From the IMG/VR virus record IMGVR_UViG_3300044618_002075, positions 2,482 through 66,481 of that record: a DNA stretch of 64,000 nucleotides; one strand, 5' to 3'. Positions within the stretch are counted from its first letter, which is position 1. Each line of letters starts with the position of its first letter. Shown here piece by piece: positions 7,194 through 17,314 of the stretch. A model generated the notes under the pieces. It was not told the DNA's origin and ran no database searches. It was given only the letters and a program-made list of their open reading frames with translations. The DNA is from a virus. The translations under genes were made by a program, and so were the position numbers.

Positions 7194-7497
7194 ACAGATC
7201 GATATCGAAGCCGCGCTTTTGAAGATGCGCGAACTACTGGAGATGATCAACAGAGGCGACACTGAGCGGCGCGACGCCATGCTCAGCGCGTTGCAGGCCA
7301 TCCTGCAGGCAATGATCAATATCGACGACGGGGCTGCCGTCGTCGTGCTGGCTACCGACTTCAAGGGCTCGATGGGGGTGTACACCCTCAACGCAGGCGA
7401 AGAGACCGTCGTCGGGCTTGCACGGACGCTGCTGGCGCGGTTGGACGACACCTGCCTGGACAACATCCCTGTGGAGCAGATGGGAGCCGTGCAATGA
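7186..7497 (+). CDS. hypothetical protein
   Basis: AAGGAG RBS, operon-coupled. Confidence 0.7.
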   Translation: MHKQIDIEAALLKMRELLEMINRGDTERRDAMLSALQAILQAMINIDDGAAVVVLATDFKGSMGVYTLNAGEETVVGLARTLLARLDDTCLDNIPVEQMGAVQ

Positions 7498-9479
7498 AGG
7501 CACCTTTTGACAAGATCATCGTGCTCGACTTCGAGACCTCCTGGGGCAGGCAAGTGAAGCTCGGGTTCTCCTGCCAGACCAACGAGGAGTACATCCGCGA
7601 CCCGCGCTTCAAGGCGTGGGGGCTGTCGTGGAAGACCGTGGGCACCGACGAGCGCCCCGTGTGGGTGCGGCATGACCGCATCAAGCGCTGGGCTGCGGGG
7701 ATCGACTGGTCCCGCACCGCCATCGTCTGTCAGAACACCCAGTTCGACGGCACCATCCTGTCGTGGCTGTACGGTGTGCAGCCGTGCTTCATGTTCGACA
7801 CCCTGTCCATGGGCCGCGCCCTGTACGGCGTCGAGGTGGGCAACAGTCTCAAGGCCCTGGCGGAACGGTTTGAGCTACCGCCCAAGGGCGACGGGCTCAG
7901 CCCGTCCGAGAACATCCTCGATGAGCTGCCCTTCCACGTGGAGCAGACGCTGGCGGACTACTGTAAGCACGACACGTGGCTGTGCGAGCAGATCTTCCTG
8001 CGCATGCTGCCGCAGTTCCCCGCCAAGGAGCTACGCCTCATCGACATGACGCTGCGCATGTACACGCGCCCCCTGCTGCGCCTGGACCGTGCGATGTTGG
8101 GGGAGGCCATCGAGGATGAGCGCGAGACCCGGGAAGGACTGCTGCACCGCCTGGGCGTGGCCGAGACGGCCCTCGCGTCGAACGACCAGTTCGCTGAAGT
8201 GCTGACGGCACTGGGCGTCGAGCCCCCGACGAAGACAAGCAAGACCACCGGGGAGAAGACGTTCGCGTTCGCCAAGAACGACGCGCTGTTCCAGGCGCTG
8301 GTGAACTCCGACAACGAGGAGGTTGCTCTGCTGTGCGAGGCGCGGCTGAAGGTCAAGTCCACCACCGAGCGCACGCGTGCGCAGCGGTTCCTCGACATCT
8401 CCTCGCGGGGCAACCTGCCGGTGCCCTTGAGCTACTACGGCGCAGCCACGGGGCGCTGGACGGCCAGCAAGGGCAGCGCGATCAACATGCAGAACCTCAA
8501 GCGCGGGAGCTTCCTGCGCAAGGCCATCATGGCCCCCGAGGGGCATGTGCTGGTGGTGGGCGACCTGTCGCAAATCGAGCCGCGCGTGCTGGCGTGGCTG
8601 TCGGACTACGACGACCTGCTCAACATCTTCCGCGCTGGCGGCGACCCCTACGCGCAGTTCGGGGCGCCCATGTTCGGCATCCCGGGCATGACCAAGGACA
8701 GCCATCCGACGCAGCGCCAGAGCGCCAAGTCGGCCCTGCTGGGGGCAGGCTACCAGCTAGGCTGGGCGAGCTTCGCTGCGCAGTTGCTGACCGGCTTCCT
8801 GGGCGCTCCGCCCAAGCGCTACACCCGTGACGAGGCCAAGCAGTTGGGCGTGTCCGGTGCCGACGTGCAGAAGTTCCTGGGCTGGGAGGAGAACCTCAAG
8901 ACCATGGCGGACATCCCGCACACGTGCTCCGAGCTTGAGCTTGCGATCCACTGCCTCGCGGCCAAGGCCATCATCGACAAGTACCGCGCGACGGCGGTGC
9001 CGGTGGTGGCGTTCTGGAACCTGCTCGGGGAACTGATCGAGCACGCGCTCTACAAGGGCAACGAGTACCAGCACAAGTGCCTGACCTTCCGCAAGGAAGA
9101 GATCGTGTTGCCGAGCGGCATGAGTTTGAGGTATCCTGACCTCAAGCCAGAGGACGGACCGAAGGGTCGCGTTCAGTGGACCTATGCCGACGGGCGCAAC
9201 GGCAAACGCTCCAAGCTCTACCCCGGCAAGATCTGCAACAACGTGACTCAAGGCACGGCACGCTGCGTGATGACGGACGGCATGCTCCGCGTCGCGAAGC
9301 GCTACCCTGTGGTGGGCACGGTACACGACGAACAACTCGCCGTGGCACCTGCAGCAGAGAAGGACGAGGCCAAAACGTGGGTTTTGGCCCAGATGATCAC
9401 GACCCCGTCATACCTGCCGGGGATACCACTCAACGCAGACGTTGGAGCGAATGAAAGATATGGACTTGCAAAAGGATGA
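7494..9479 (+). CDS. family A DNA polymerase with 3'-5' exonuclease domain
   Basis: Exo I DFET, Exo III YCKHD, motif A DLSQIEPR, motif B RQSAKSALLGAGY, motif C VHDE. Confidence 0.95.
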   Translation: MKAPFDKIIVLDFETSWGRQVKLGFSCQTNEEYIRDPRFKAWGLSWKTVGTDERPVWVRHDRIKRWAAGIDWSRTAIVCQNTQFDGTILSWLYGVQPCFMFDTLSMGRALYGVEVGNSLKALAERFELPPKGDGLSPSENILDELPFHVEQTLADYCKHDTWLCEQIFLRMLPQFPAKELRLIDMTLRMYTRPLLRLDRAMLGEAIEDERETREGLLHRLGVAETALASNDQFAEVLTALGVEPPTKTSKTTGEKTFAFAKNDALFQALVNSDNEEVALLCEARLKVKSTTERTRAQRFLDISSRGNLPVPLSYYGAATGRWTASKGSAINMQNLKRGSFLRKAIMAPEGHVLVVGDLSQIEPRVLAWLSDYDDLLNIFRAGGDPYAQFGAPMFGIPGMTKDSHPTQRQSAKSALLGAGYQLGWASFAAQLLTGFLGAPPKRYTRDEAKQLGVSGADVQKFLGWEENLKTMADIPHTCSELELAIHCLAAKAIIDKYRATAVPVVAFWNLLGELIEHALYKGNEYQHKCLTFRKEEIVLPSGMSLRYPDLKPEDGPKGRVQWTYADGRNGKRSKLYPGKICNNVTQGTARCVMTDGMLRVAKRYPVVGTVHDEQLAVAPAAEKDEAKTWVLAQMITTPSYLPGIPLNADVGANERYGLAKG

Positions 9480-9708
9480 CATAATTGACTACGCTATGCC
9501 CTTGCTCAATATCGAGAGCATGGCAAGAGAGATCCACGACTTGTGCCTTGAGCACAAGTATGGAGAAGCCCAGGAGGTCGCACGCCGCCTGAACGCAGAA
9601 ACGCGTGTGCTCGTGCATACGCTACACATCATGGAAGAAAAGGAGCAGCATGCATATCCCAAAATCGTTCAAGCTCAGCAACATCCCGTATCAGGTCAAG
9701 CTGACTGA
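9460..9708 (+). CDS. hypothetical protein
   Basis: In-operon ORF; start uncertain. Confidence 0.6.
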   Translation: MDLQKDDIIDYAMPLLNIESMAREIHDLCLEHKYGEAQEVARRLNAETRVLVHTLHIMEEKEQHAYPKIVQAQQHPVSGQAD

Positions 9709-9952
9709 GCACATCCGAGGCCCGCGTGGCGTGATCGGTCGCGTTGACTACGTGGCCCGCAACATCAAGATCGCTACCGTCAACTACTGGACCGGCAAGC
9801 CATTGCCGACGAAGGAGATGAGCGATACGTTCTGGCATGAGGTCACGCACGCCATCTTGAACGACATGAACAGCCCGCTGTGCAGCGACGAGACCTTCGT
9901 CACTGCGTTCGCCAACCGACTCAACGAGGTGGTGCTAACCGCCAAGCTCTAA
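9650..9952 (+). CDS. small HEXXH (zincin-like) protein
   Basis: TFWHEVTHAIL...E; AAGGAG RBS. Confidence 0.7.
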   Translation: MHIPKSFKLSNIPYQVKLTEHIRGPRGVIGRVDYVARNIKIATVNYWTGKPLPTKEMSDTFWHEVTHAILNDMNSPLCSDETFVTAFANRLNEVVLTAKL

Positions 9953-10620
9953 TGGACATCAAGCCCATCACGTGGTCACACTCTGCGCTCAAGAAATACG
10001 AGCAGTGCCCGCGCCAGTATCACGAAGCAATCGTGCTGAAGAAGTATCCGTTCAAGGATACGGCCCAGACGATCTACGGCAAAGACCTACACAAAGCGGT
10101 GGAGCTTTACGGCAGGGACAACACCCCCATGCCGCCACAGTTCGCGTTCGTCCAGCCGGTGGTGGACGCGCTGCTCGCAAAGCCTGGGCGCAAATTGTTC
10201 GAGCACGAGATGGGCATCACGCCTGATCTGCGGCCCTGCGCCTTCGACTCCAAGGAGCGCTGGGTGCGGGGCATCGCAGACCTGCTGATCATCGACGACG
10301 ACAACCTCACGGCCCGGGTCGTGGACTGGAAGTCGGGGAGCCACAAGTACCCTGACTACGATCAACTCCGGCTGATGTCGCTGATGGTCTTCGTGCATTT
10401 CCCGCACATCAGGCGTGTGAATTCCGCGCTCATGTTCGTCGTCAAGAACCACATGGCCAAGCACCGCATGGACCGCGACGAAGCAGATGCAGCGTGGCAG
10501 GACTATCGCGAGCGTGTGGCCAAGCTGGAGGGCAGTTTCGCGCACAGCGTTTGGAACCCGAAGCAGTCGCCGCTGTGCGGCTGGTGTCCGGTGCGAGAGT
10601 GTTCGTTTCATCCCAACTGA
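9952..10620 (+). CDS. PD-(D/E)XK exonuclease, Cas4/AddB-like
   Basis: WSHS...QCPRQY, GIADL...VDWKSG, C-terminal CGWCPVREC. Confidence 0.88.
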   Translation: MDIKPITWSHSALKKYEQCPRQYHEAIVLKKYPFKDTAQTIYGKDLHKAVELYGRDNTPMPPQFAFVQPVVDALLAKPGRKLFEHEMGITPDLRPCAFDSKERWVRGIADLLIIDDDNLTARVVDWKSGSHKYPDYDQLRLMSLMVFVHFPHIRRVNSALMFVVKNHMAKHRMDRDEADAAWQDYRERVAKLEGSFAHSVWNPKQSPLCGWCPVRECSFHPN

Positions 10621-10628
10621 GGTACATC

Positions 10629-10859
10629 ATGGCACGAGACTACAAGCGCGAGTACGAACTGTTCCAAGGCAAGCCCGAGCAGATCAAGAACCGGGCCGAG
10701 CGCGTCAAGGCGCGTCGCATGATGGAGAAGGTAGGCGCAGCGAAGAAAGGTGACGGCAAGGATGTGGACCACATCCGCCCCCTGAAGAGTGGCGGAACGT
10801 CTACGCGAAGCAACCTGCGCATGCGCAGCAGGAGCGCCAATAGAAGCGACAAGAGTTGA
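10629..10859 (+). CDS. small HNH-like protein
   Basis: GDGKDVDHIRPL...NLR...NRS. Confidence 0.75.
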   Translation: MARDYKREYELFQGKPEQIKNRAERVKARRMMEKVGAAKKGDGKDVDHIRPLKSGGTSTRSNLRMRSRSANRSDKS

Positions 10860-10876
10860 ACAACATCGGAGCAAGC

Positions 10877-12466
10877 ATGGAAATAGTAGAAAACAAACTG
10901 CTGGTATTTAAAACCAGACACCCGCATCGCTACAGCCTGATCCCCAAGAGCAAGGCCATCCCGAGAGCTACCGGCGGCTACGACGTCGCCGTGTACTGGG
11001 GCCTGGACGAAGTCCGGGTGCTGCGGAACCTGGGCGTCAAGGACGTCCCCTCGCCCATCTACGGGCGCTACGACTGGCCGGGGCGATACACGCCCATGGC
11101 TCACCAGAAGGAGACCGCGTCCTTCCTCACGCTCAACCGGCGTGCGTTCGTGCTCAACGACCCCGGCACCGGCAAGACCATGGCCGCGCTGTGGGCGGCG
11201 GACTACCTGATGAAGCGCGGAGAGGTTCGGCGCTGCCTGATCCTGTGCCCGCTGTCGATCATGCACACGGCCTGGATGCAGGACATTGGCAACTCGATCA
11301 TCCACAGGAGCGCGGTGGTCTGCCATCACTCGCAGGCGGCACGCCGCATCGAGCTGGTCCAGCAGGACTTCGAGTTCGTCATCTCGAACTACGAGGGGGT
11401 CGAGATCATCGCTGACGAGATCCGCAACGACGGCAGGTTCGACCTGATCATCGTTGACGAAGCGAACGCGTACAAGAACCCGCAGACCTCACGGTGGAAG
11501 AAGCTGGCCGCGATCATCCGGCCAGAGACGCACCTGTGGATGATGACGGGCACGCCCGCTGCGCAGTCTCCCCTGGACGCGTACGGTCTGGCCAAGCTCG
11601 TGAACCCGAAGAACGTGCCCGCGTTCTACACCGCATGGCGCGACATGGTCATGCAGAAGGTCACGATGTTCAAGTGGGCGCCCAAGCGCGACGCGCCTGA
11701 CAAAGTCTTCAGCGCCCTGCAGCCCGCGATCCGCTACACCAAAGCCCAGTGCATGGACCTCCCGCCCGTTGTCACGGCCACACGCGAGGTGCCGCTGACA
11801 CCGCAGCAGGCCAAGTACTACAACGCGCTCAAGACCGCGATGGTGGCGCAGGCCGCAGGCGAGACGATCACCGCAGTCAACGCAGCCGCTGCGCTCAACA
11901 AGCTGCTCCAGATCAGTTGCGGCGTGGCCTACACCGACAACCACGAGACGGTCGAGTTCGACGCCACGCCCCGGCTGAATGTGCTGCTGGAGGCCCTGGA
12001 GCAGACGGAGCGCAAGGTCATCGTGTTCGCGCTGTTCCGCGCAGCCATCTCTACTATCAACAACTTCCTCAACAAGCGCGGCTACGCTTGCGAGGAAATC
12101 CACGGCGGGGTCACGGCTGGCCAGCGGGCGGACATCATCAAGCGCTTCCAGACCATGCCAGAACCACGCGTGCTGGTCATGCAGCCCCAGGCCGCAGCGC
12201 ACGGGATCACGCTGACAGCGGCGGACACGGTGGTCTTCTACGGCCCCCTGATGAGCGTCGAGCAGTACACCCAGGCCATCGCCCGGGCCGACCGCAAGGG
12301 GCAGGACTCGGACAAGGTGACCGTCATCCACATCCAGGGCTCGCCCGTGGAGCGCAAGATGTTCGCGGCCCTGGCAGGCAAGGTCGATGACGCCCGCCTG
12401 CTCGTGGACCTGTTCAACGAAGAACTCAAGGAAAGGGGGTTGCCAGACGCCAAAGGCCGTGTGTAA
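10877..12466 (+). CDS. SNF2-family (SF2) helicase
   Basis: PGTGKT, IVDEA, MTGTP, HGITLT, QAIARADRKGQ. Confidence 0.93.
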   Translation: MEIVENKLLVFKTRHPHRYSLIPKSKAIPRATGGYDVAVYWGLDEVRVLRNLGVKDVPSPIYGRYDWPGRYTPMAHQKETASFLTLNRRAFVLNDPGTGKTMAALWAADYLMKRGEVRRCLILCPLSIMHTAWMQDIGNSIIHRSAVVCHHSQAARRIELVQQDFEFVISNYEGVEIIADEIRNDGRFDLIIVDEANAYKNPQTSRWKKLAAIIRPETHLWMMTGTPAAQSPLDAYGLAKLVNPKNVPAFYTAWRDMVMQKVTMFKWAPKRDAPDKVFSALQPAIRYTKAQCMDLPPVVTATREVPLTPQQAKYYNALKTAMVAQAAGETITAVNAAAALNKLLQISCGVAYTDNHETVEFDATPRLNVLLEALEQTERKVIVFALFRAAISTINNFLNKRGYACEEIHGGVTAGQRADIIKRFQTMPEPRVLVMQPQAAAHGITLTAADTVVFYGPLMSVEQYTQAIARADRKGQDSDKVTVIHIQGSPVERKMFAALAGKVDDARLLVDLFNEELKERGLPDAKGRV

Positions 12467-12514
12467 AATCTTTGACAAGCGGGCTAAGTGACCCGTGACA
12501 CGAAAGGAGTAAGC

Positions 12515-12919
12515 ATGGATCAGAACGAAGAAGCGGACGCCGTGCCGCTGGACAAGTTGGTTCGCATCTACATGAAGATGCGTGCGAAGCTGTCGGAACT
12601 CGACGCAGAAGTCGAGATCATCAAAGAGCAACAGCAGTTGATCAAGAACGAGATCAAGGACCGCATGCGTAGCGTCGGCGCCAAGTCGATGAAGACTGCA
12701 CACGGTACGGTCTCGCTCACCGAGAAGACGCGCTACTACACCCAAGACTGGGACTCGTTCAAGCGCTTCGTCATCGAGAACGATGCTGTTGACCTGTTGG
12801 AGAAGCGCATCGCGCAGACCAACATGAAGTTGTTCTTGCAAGAGAACCCTGCAATGGTTCCCCCGGGATTGAACTCGGACACGGAACTCGACGTTTCCAT
12901 CCGCAAAGCTGCGGCGTAA
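12515..12919 (+). CDS. conserved coiled-coil protein of the replication module
   Basis: Strong RBS GAAAGGAG; lies between helicase and SSB-like gene. Confidence 0.75.
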   Translation: MDQNEEADAVPLDKLVRIYMKMRAKLSELDAEVEIIKEQQQLIKNEIKDRMRSVGAKSMKTAHGTVSLTEKTRYYTQDWDSFKRFVIENDAVDLLEKRIAQTNMKLFLQENPAMVPPGLNSDTELDVSIRKAAA

Positions 12920-12931
12920 GGAGCTATTCAC

Positions 12932-13951
12932 GTGAGCAATGTTGCACTTTTCTCCCCCTCCAATGTCCCTGCATTCGCCAAGAAGCAGGAACTGTCGGCA
13001 CTGGCCAAGTCGCTCGCGGGCGGCGGCGCTGGTGGCGGCAAGCGCGTGTCCATCAAGGGCGGCGTGTTCCGTCTGCTGGTGGACGGCAAGGAGATCGCGG
13101 CCATCGAGGAGCGCTACCTCGACGTCGTGCTGGTGGACGCCGCACCCAAGATCGGGCGCACGTTCTACATGAAGCAGTACGACGGCGACACGCCGAGCGC
13201 CCCGGACTGCTGGAGCGCCGACGGCGAGAAGCCCGATGCGACCGCAGCGAACCCGCAAGCGTCGAACTGCGCAAGCTGCCCGCAGAACGCCAAGGGCTCG
13301 GGGCAAGGCGACAGCCGCGCCTGCCGGTTCAGCCAGCGTCTGGCTGTGGTGCTGGCCAACGACATCGAGGGCGACGTGCTGATGCTGCAGGCCCCTGCGG
13401 CGTCGATCTTCGGCAAGGCCGAGGGCGAGAACATGCCGCTCCAGGCATACGCCCGGTTCTTGGCCGCGCAGAGCGTGTCCCCCGAGACGGTGGTCACGCG
13501 GATGAAGTTCGACACCAAGGCCGAGTCGCCCAAGCTGTTCTTCAAGGCCATGCGCTGGCTCACCGAGGAGGAGTACGCCATCGCTGTGGAGAAGGGCCAA
13601 AGCCCCGAGGCCAAGCAGGCGATCACGATGACCGTGGCGCAGATGGACAAGGTGCCCGCGCCGATGACGCTGGAGGGCACGCCCCCCAAGGCTGCGATGA
13701 AGCCTGCACCGACCCCTGCACCGGCACCTGAGCCCGCGCCTGCTCCCGCTGCTGTCGATGATGGTGACGAGGCGCCGCCGCCTGCTCCGCGCCGTGGCCG
13801 TCCGCCCAAGGCGGTTGTGGAAGCCCGCAAGGCCGCAGAAGCCGCCGCAGAGGAGCCGCCCGAGCCGGTCGTCCAGCGCACGCCAGCCCCGCCCCGTCCC
13901 GCGATGCCGACGCAGCTTGCCAAGCTCGCGGAAGATTGGGATGATGAGTGA
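12932..13951 (+). CDS. putative ssDNA-binding / annealing protein
   Basis: Cys motif CWS...CASCPQN...ACR, Pro/Ala linker, acidic tail EDWDDE; replication context. Confidence 0.65.
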   Translation: MSNVALFSPSNVPAFAKKQELSALAKSLAGGGAGGGKRVSIKGGVFRLLVDGKEIAAIEERYLDVVLVDAAPKIGRTFYMKQYDGDTPSAPDCWSADGEKPDATAANPQASNCASCPQNAKGSGQGDSRACRFSQRLAVVLANDIEGDVLMLQAPAASIFGKAEGENMPLQAYARFLAAQSVSPETVVTRMKFDTKAESPKLFFKAMRWLTEEEYAIAVEKGQSPEAKQAITMTVAQMDKVPAPMTLEGTPPKAAMKPAPTPAPAPEPAPAPAAVDDGDEAPPPAPRRGRPPKAVVEARKAAEAAAEEPPEPVVQRTPAPPRPAMPTQLAKLAEDWDDE

Positions 13952-13957
13952 GTAACT

Positions 13958-13980
13958 GGGGGCGGCATTGCCGCCCCCTT
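13958..13980 (+). terminator. GC-rich hairpin, possible terminator
   Basis: GGGGGCGGC-ATT-GCCGCCCCC then TT. Confidence 0.45.
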
Positions 13981-13986
13981 CGCAAT

Positions 13987-14265
13987 ATGCCGTACTCAAT
14001 CGACACCATCCACCGCATCAGGAAAGGACCGCGCAACCTGGGCAACACGCTCGGGCGCATCGCGGTCGATCTTGATTTCTCCGTTCAGCGTATCGCGAAG
14101 GCCACCAACGCTACGCGTCAGACCGTCTACAACTGGATGGCTGGTGGCGAAGTGATGGGCGCCTACCGCCCGGTCGTTGAGCGCTTGATCAATATACTGC
14201 AGCAAGCACAGACTGCAGACAAAGCATGGGAAGCAGCATGTCAGGAATTCAACCTTCGAGCTTGA
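13987..14265 (+). CDS. Cro-like HTH protein
   Basis: SVQRIAKATNATRQTVYNWMAG. Confidence 0.75.
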   Translation: MPYSIDTIHRIRKGPRNLGNTLGRIAVDLDFSVQRIAKATNATRQTVYNWMAGGEVMGAYRPVVERLINILQQAQTADKAWEAACQEFNLRA

Positions 14266-14420
14266 CACCTAGCGAGTTGGTGCGTTACGCGGAATTGGCC
14301 AACGTCAACGGCCTGCCAAAGCATTGGTGCCAGGAACTCATTGCCGTGCTCGACGCATACGTCACCAAGTACGGCGACGAAGCGGTAGCAAAGCGCCCAG
14401 AGCAAGCACCCCTTTTCTGA
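14238..14420 (+). CDS. small protein with C-terminal QxxLF motif
   Basis: Ends PEQAPLF. Confidence 0.65.
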   Translation: MSGIQPSSLTPSELVRYAELANVNGLPKHWCQELIAVLDAYVTKYGDEAVAKRPEQAPLF

Positions 14421-14434
14421 GGGGGCCGCTCTTC

Positions 14435-17314
14435 ATGGAACCGCAAGAGTTTCTTGCGGCGGTATTGCCGCCGCCAGGGCACGGCTATTACTGCGCCGTC
14501 GCGCTGCCAAGCAGAGTACAGAAGTTCAGCGAAGACATCAGCTACGTCAATGCATACGCCCAACGCTGGGCAGAACAAGGCAAGGACGCGTACTTCGCGC
14601 TGGCTACATTCAGGGAGGAGGGCTCCCGCGAAGCGGTGAACGCCGCATTCATCAAGTCCGTGTTCATCGACATGGACGGCTACGCCTCCAAGAAGGAGGC
14701 GGCATCTGCACTGAGCGCTTTCCTTGAGCGCACCGGTCTCGACGCGTTCGGCACGCCGTGGGTGGTGGCCTCGGGCGGCGGGCTGCACTGTTACTGGGCG
14801 CTGGAGGCGCCGGTTGAGATTGCGCAGTGGAAGCCCGTGGGCGAAGCGCTGAAGCGCCTGTGCAAGCAGGAGTCTCTGGCCATCGACATGACCGTGCCTG
14901 CCGACGCAGCCCGCGTGCTGCGCGTCCCGGGGACACGGAACTTCAAGCCCAAGTACCCCGAGCCCCGGCCCGTCAAGCTGCTGGTCGAGGGCTGCACGGT
15001 GCCGTTCGAGGCGTTCTCGCAGCACATCTTCTCCCTGGTTGGCGAGCCCGAGCCCGCCATGCCAACCCTGTCCCTGCCGGGAACACGCCCCACGGCCACA
15101 GCGACAGGCGTGAAGCTCGTGGAGAACAGCGCCGTCCGGTTCAAGACCATCCTGATGCGCACCAAGGACGGCGACGGCTGCGCCCAGCTTGCGCACTACG
15201 TCAACAACGCCAAGGACGAGGGCATGGAGCCGCTGTGGCGCGGCTGGCTGTCCCAGGCCAAGTACTGTGCGGACGGTGATCGCGCCGCGAAATGGCTGAG
15301 CGACCTGCATCCCTACGATGCGCAGCGCATGCAGACCAAGCTGCGGGAGATCAAGGGGCCGTACCCCTGTCTCAAGTTCGACAGCGAGAACCCGGGCGTG
15401 TGCCAGAAGTGCCCGCACTTCGGCAAGATCACGAACCCCCTGGCGCTTGGCAGAGAGCTTGTGGCCGACAACGCGCCCAAGGAAATCGAGATCACGCCTG
15501 CGGACCCTGACGATCCAGAAGCGCCGCCCATCACGGTCGTGCGCCCCACGCCGCCCAAGGGGTACAGCTACGGCGCCAACGGCGGCGTGTACGTGGACAA
15601 GATGGTGGAGGAGGCCGACGGCACCAAGCGCAAGAAGCAGGTGCTCGTGCTGCCCTACGATCTGTTCGTCGTGGACCTGCTGAACAAGGAGGGCGAGCAC
15701 ACCGTCCACATGGTGGCCAACCGCCCCAACAAGGCCATCGACATCCTCATGCCGCAGCGCTACGCGGTCAGCAAGGACGAATGCGTCAAGGCCCTGGCGC
15801 AGCAGAACATCATCGCGGCGTTCGGCCCGGGCAACGACGTCAATCTCTACGAGTACATCCGGGCGTGCGTGGTGGACGCCAGCACATCCAAGCAGCCCAT
15901 CATCGTGCCGCAACAGTACGGCTGGCAGGAGGACGGCTCGTTCGTCTACAGCGGGCGCGTGTTCCGCCCCGACGGCACCTCCCGCACGGTGCCCATGCCT
16001 GACCTAGCCAACCTGACCCGCAACACGCGGTCCCAGGGCACGCTGGAGGGCTGGCGCAAGCTGCCGCAGATGCTGATCAAGCGCAAGCTGTACGACCATC
16101 TGGCCATCGCCAGCATCGCCTTCGGCGCCCCGCTGATGCGCTTCACCCAGATGAGCGCGTTGACGTTTCATGCAGGCTCGACCGACTCGGGCACCGGCAA
16201 GTCGCTGGCCCTGTCCCTGCTGAACTCCGTGTGGGGGCATCCGATCAGGTATCGCACCGGCAAGTCCACCTCGCCTGTGACCATGCAGCAGCGCATGGGC
16301 AACCTCAACAGCCTGCCGTTCACGAGCGACGAGATCACGCACAAGTCGCGTCAGGACATGGAGTGGTTCCCGGGGTTCATCTTCGACGCGTCCGAGGGCC
16401 AGGGCAAGGAGAAGAGCGAGGTCCACCACAACCGCGAGCGCATCAACAACGTCTCGTGGTTCACGCTGCTGCTCCTGACCTCCAACACGCACATGCACGA
16501 CTACATGTCGGGCGCGCGCAACCATACGTCGCAGGGCGAACTGCTGCGCATGCTGGAGTGGACGCCGGAAGTCAAGCTGGAGTGGTCCCCCGAGGAGGAA
16601 GACCTCCTGAAGTCGCTGAGCAACCACTACGGGGTCGCAGGCGAGCGCTACGTCAAGTGGCTCGTGCAAAACCAAGAGCTTGCACGGAGCATCACGCTCA
16701 AGGTCATCGCCAAGATCAAGGTGGACTGGCAGATGGGCGGGGACGAGCGCTTCTGGGCAGCCGGTTGTGGGTGCGTGATTGCCGGTGCGATCTTGGCGTC
16801 CAGCAAGTATGCGGACATCATTGACCTGCCGGTTGACGGCATCATTGACAGCCTGCACAAGATGGTGATCAAGGCCCGCAAGATCGTGAAGAGCGGCGCC
16901 CGCACCGCCGAGGATGTGCTGAACGCTTTCACCCGCGAGCACTTCGGCTCGTTCGTCGTCCTGCGCATGAGCAACGGGTCGCTGCTGGCGGCACTGGGTA
17001 ACGGGCAGGAGATCGACCAGACCCTGACGCGCAGCAAGGTCATGGGGCGTGTGGAGCACGAGATAGCCAAGCGGGGCTACGTCGAGTACTGCATCGAGGA
17101 GCAGGTGCTCAAGGCGCACTGCGTGTCGATGTCGTTCGGCTACGAAGCGTTCAAGCGCAACATCCAGGGCATACGCGGCTACGTCGTGCAGTTCATCCGC
17201 AAGGACATGATGGCACGCACCCGAGGCCCGCAGATGCGCGTGCGGGCAATCAGCATCAGCCGCCCTATCGAGGACGACCCCCATGCGGAAGTGCTTTCCG
17301 TGGGACCGGCTTGA
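14435..17314 (+). CDS. primase-polymerase (RepB-like) fused to DUF927 helicase
   Basis: FIDMD, SGGGLHCYW, ARVLRVPGT, Cys cluster, YGWQ, Walker A SGTGKS, Walker B DE. Confidence 0.85.
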   Translation: MEPQEFLAAVLPPPGHGYYCAVALPSRVQKFSEDISYVNAYAQRWAEQGKDAYFALATFREEGSREAVNAAFIKSVFIDMDGYASKKEAASALSAFLERTGLDAFGTPWVVASGGGLHCYWALEAPVEIAQWKPVGEALKRLCKQESLAIDMTVPADAARVLRVPGTRNFKPKYPEPRPVKLLVEGCTVPFEAFSQHIFSLVGEPEPAMPTLSLPGTRPTATATGVKLVENSAVRFKTILMRTKDGDGCAQLAHYVNNAKDEGMEPLWRGWLSQAKYCADGDRAAKWLSDLHPYDAQRMQTKLREIKGPYPCLKFDSENPGVCQKCPHFGKITNPLALGRELVADNAPKEIEITPADPDDPEAPPITVVRPTPPKGYSYGANGGVYVDKMVEEADGTKRKKQVLVLPYDLFVVDLLNKEGEHTVHMVANRPNKAIDILMPQRYAVSKDECVKALAQQNIIAAFGPGNDVNLYEYIRACVVDASTSKQPIIVPQQYGWQEDGSFVYSGRVFRPDGTSRTVPMPDLANLTRNTRSQGTLEGWRKLPQMLIKRKLYDHLAIASIAFGAPLMRFTQMSALTFHAGSTDSGTGKSLALSLLNSVWGHPIRYRTGKSTSPVTMQQRMGNLNSLPFTSDEITHKSRQDMEWFPGFIFDASEGQGKEKSEVHHNRERINNVSWFTLLLLTSNTHMHDYMSGARNHTSQGELLRMLEWTPEVKLEWSPEEEDLLKSLSNHYGVAGERYVKWLVQNQELARSITLKVIAKIKVDWQMGGDERFWAAGCGCVIAGAILASSKYADIIDLPVDGIIDSLHKMVIKARKIVKSGARTAEDVLNAFTREHFGSFVVLRMSNGSLLAALGNGQEIDQTLTRSKVMGRVEHEIAKRGYVEYCIEEQVLKAHCVSMSFGYEAFKRNIQGIRGYVVQFIRKDMMARTRGPQMRVRAISISRPIEDDPHAEVLSVGPA

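Noticed and set aside
11489-13999. 836-aa - strand ORF and other long antisense ORFs (14285-15913, 18127-19890, 25041-26639, 51152-53146)
   Set aside because: Shadows of GC-rich genes with clear motifs on the opposite strand
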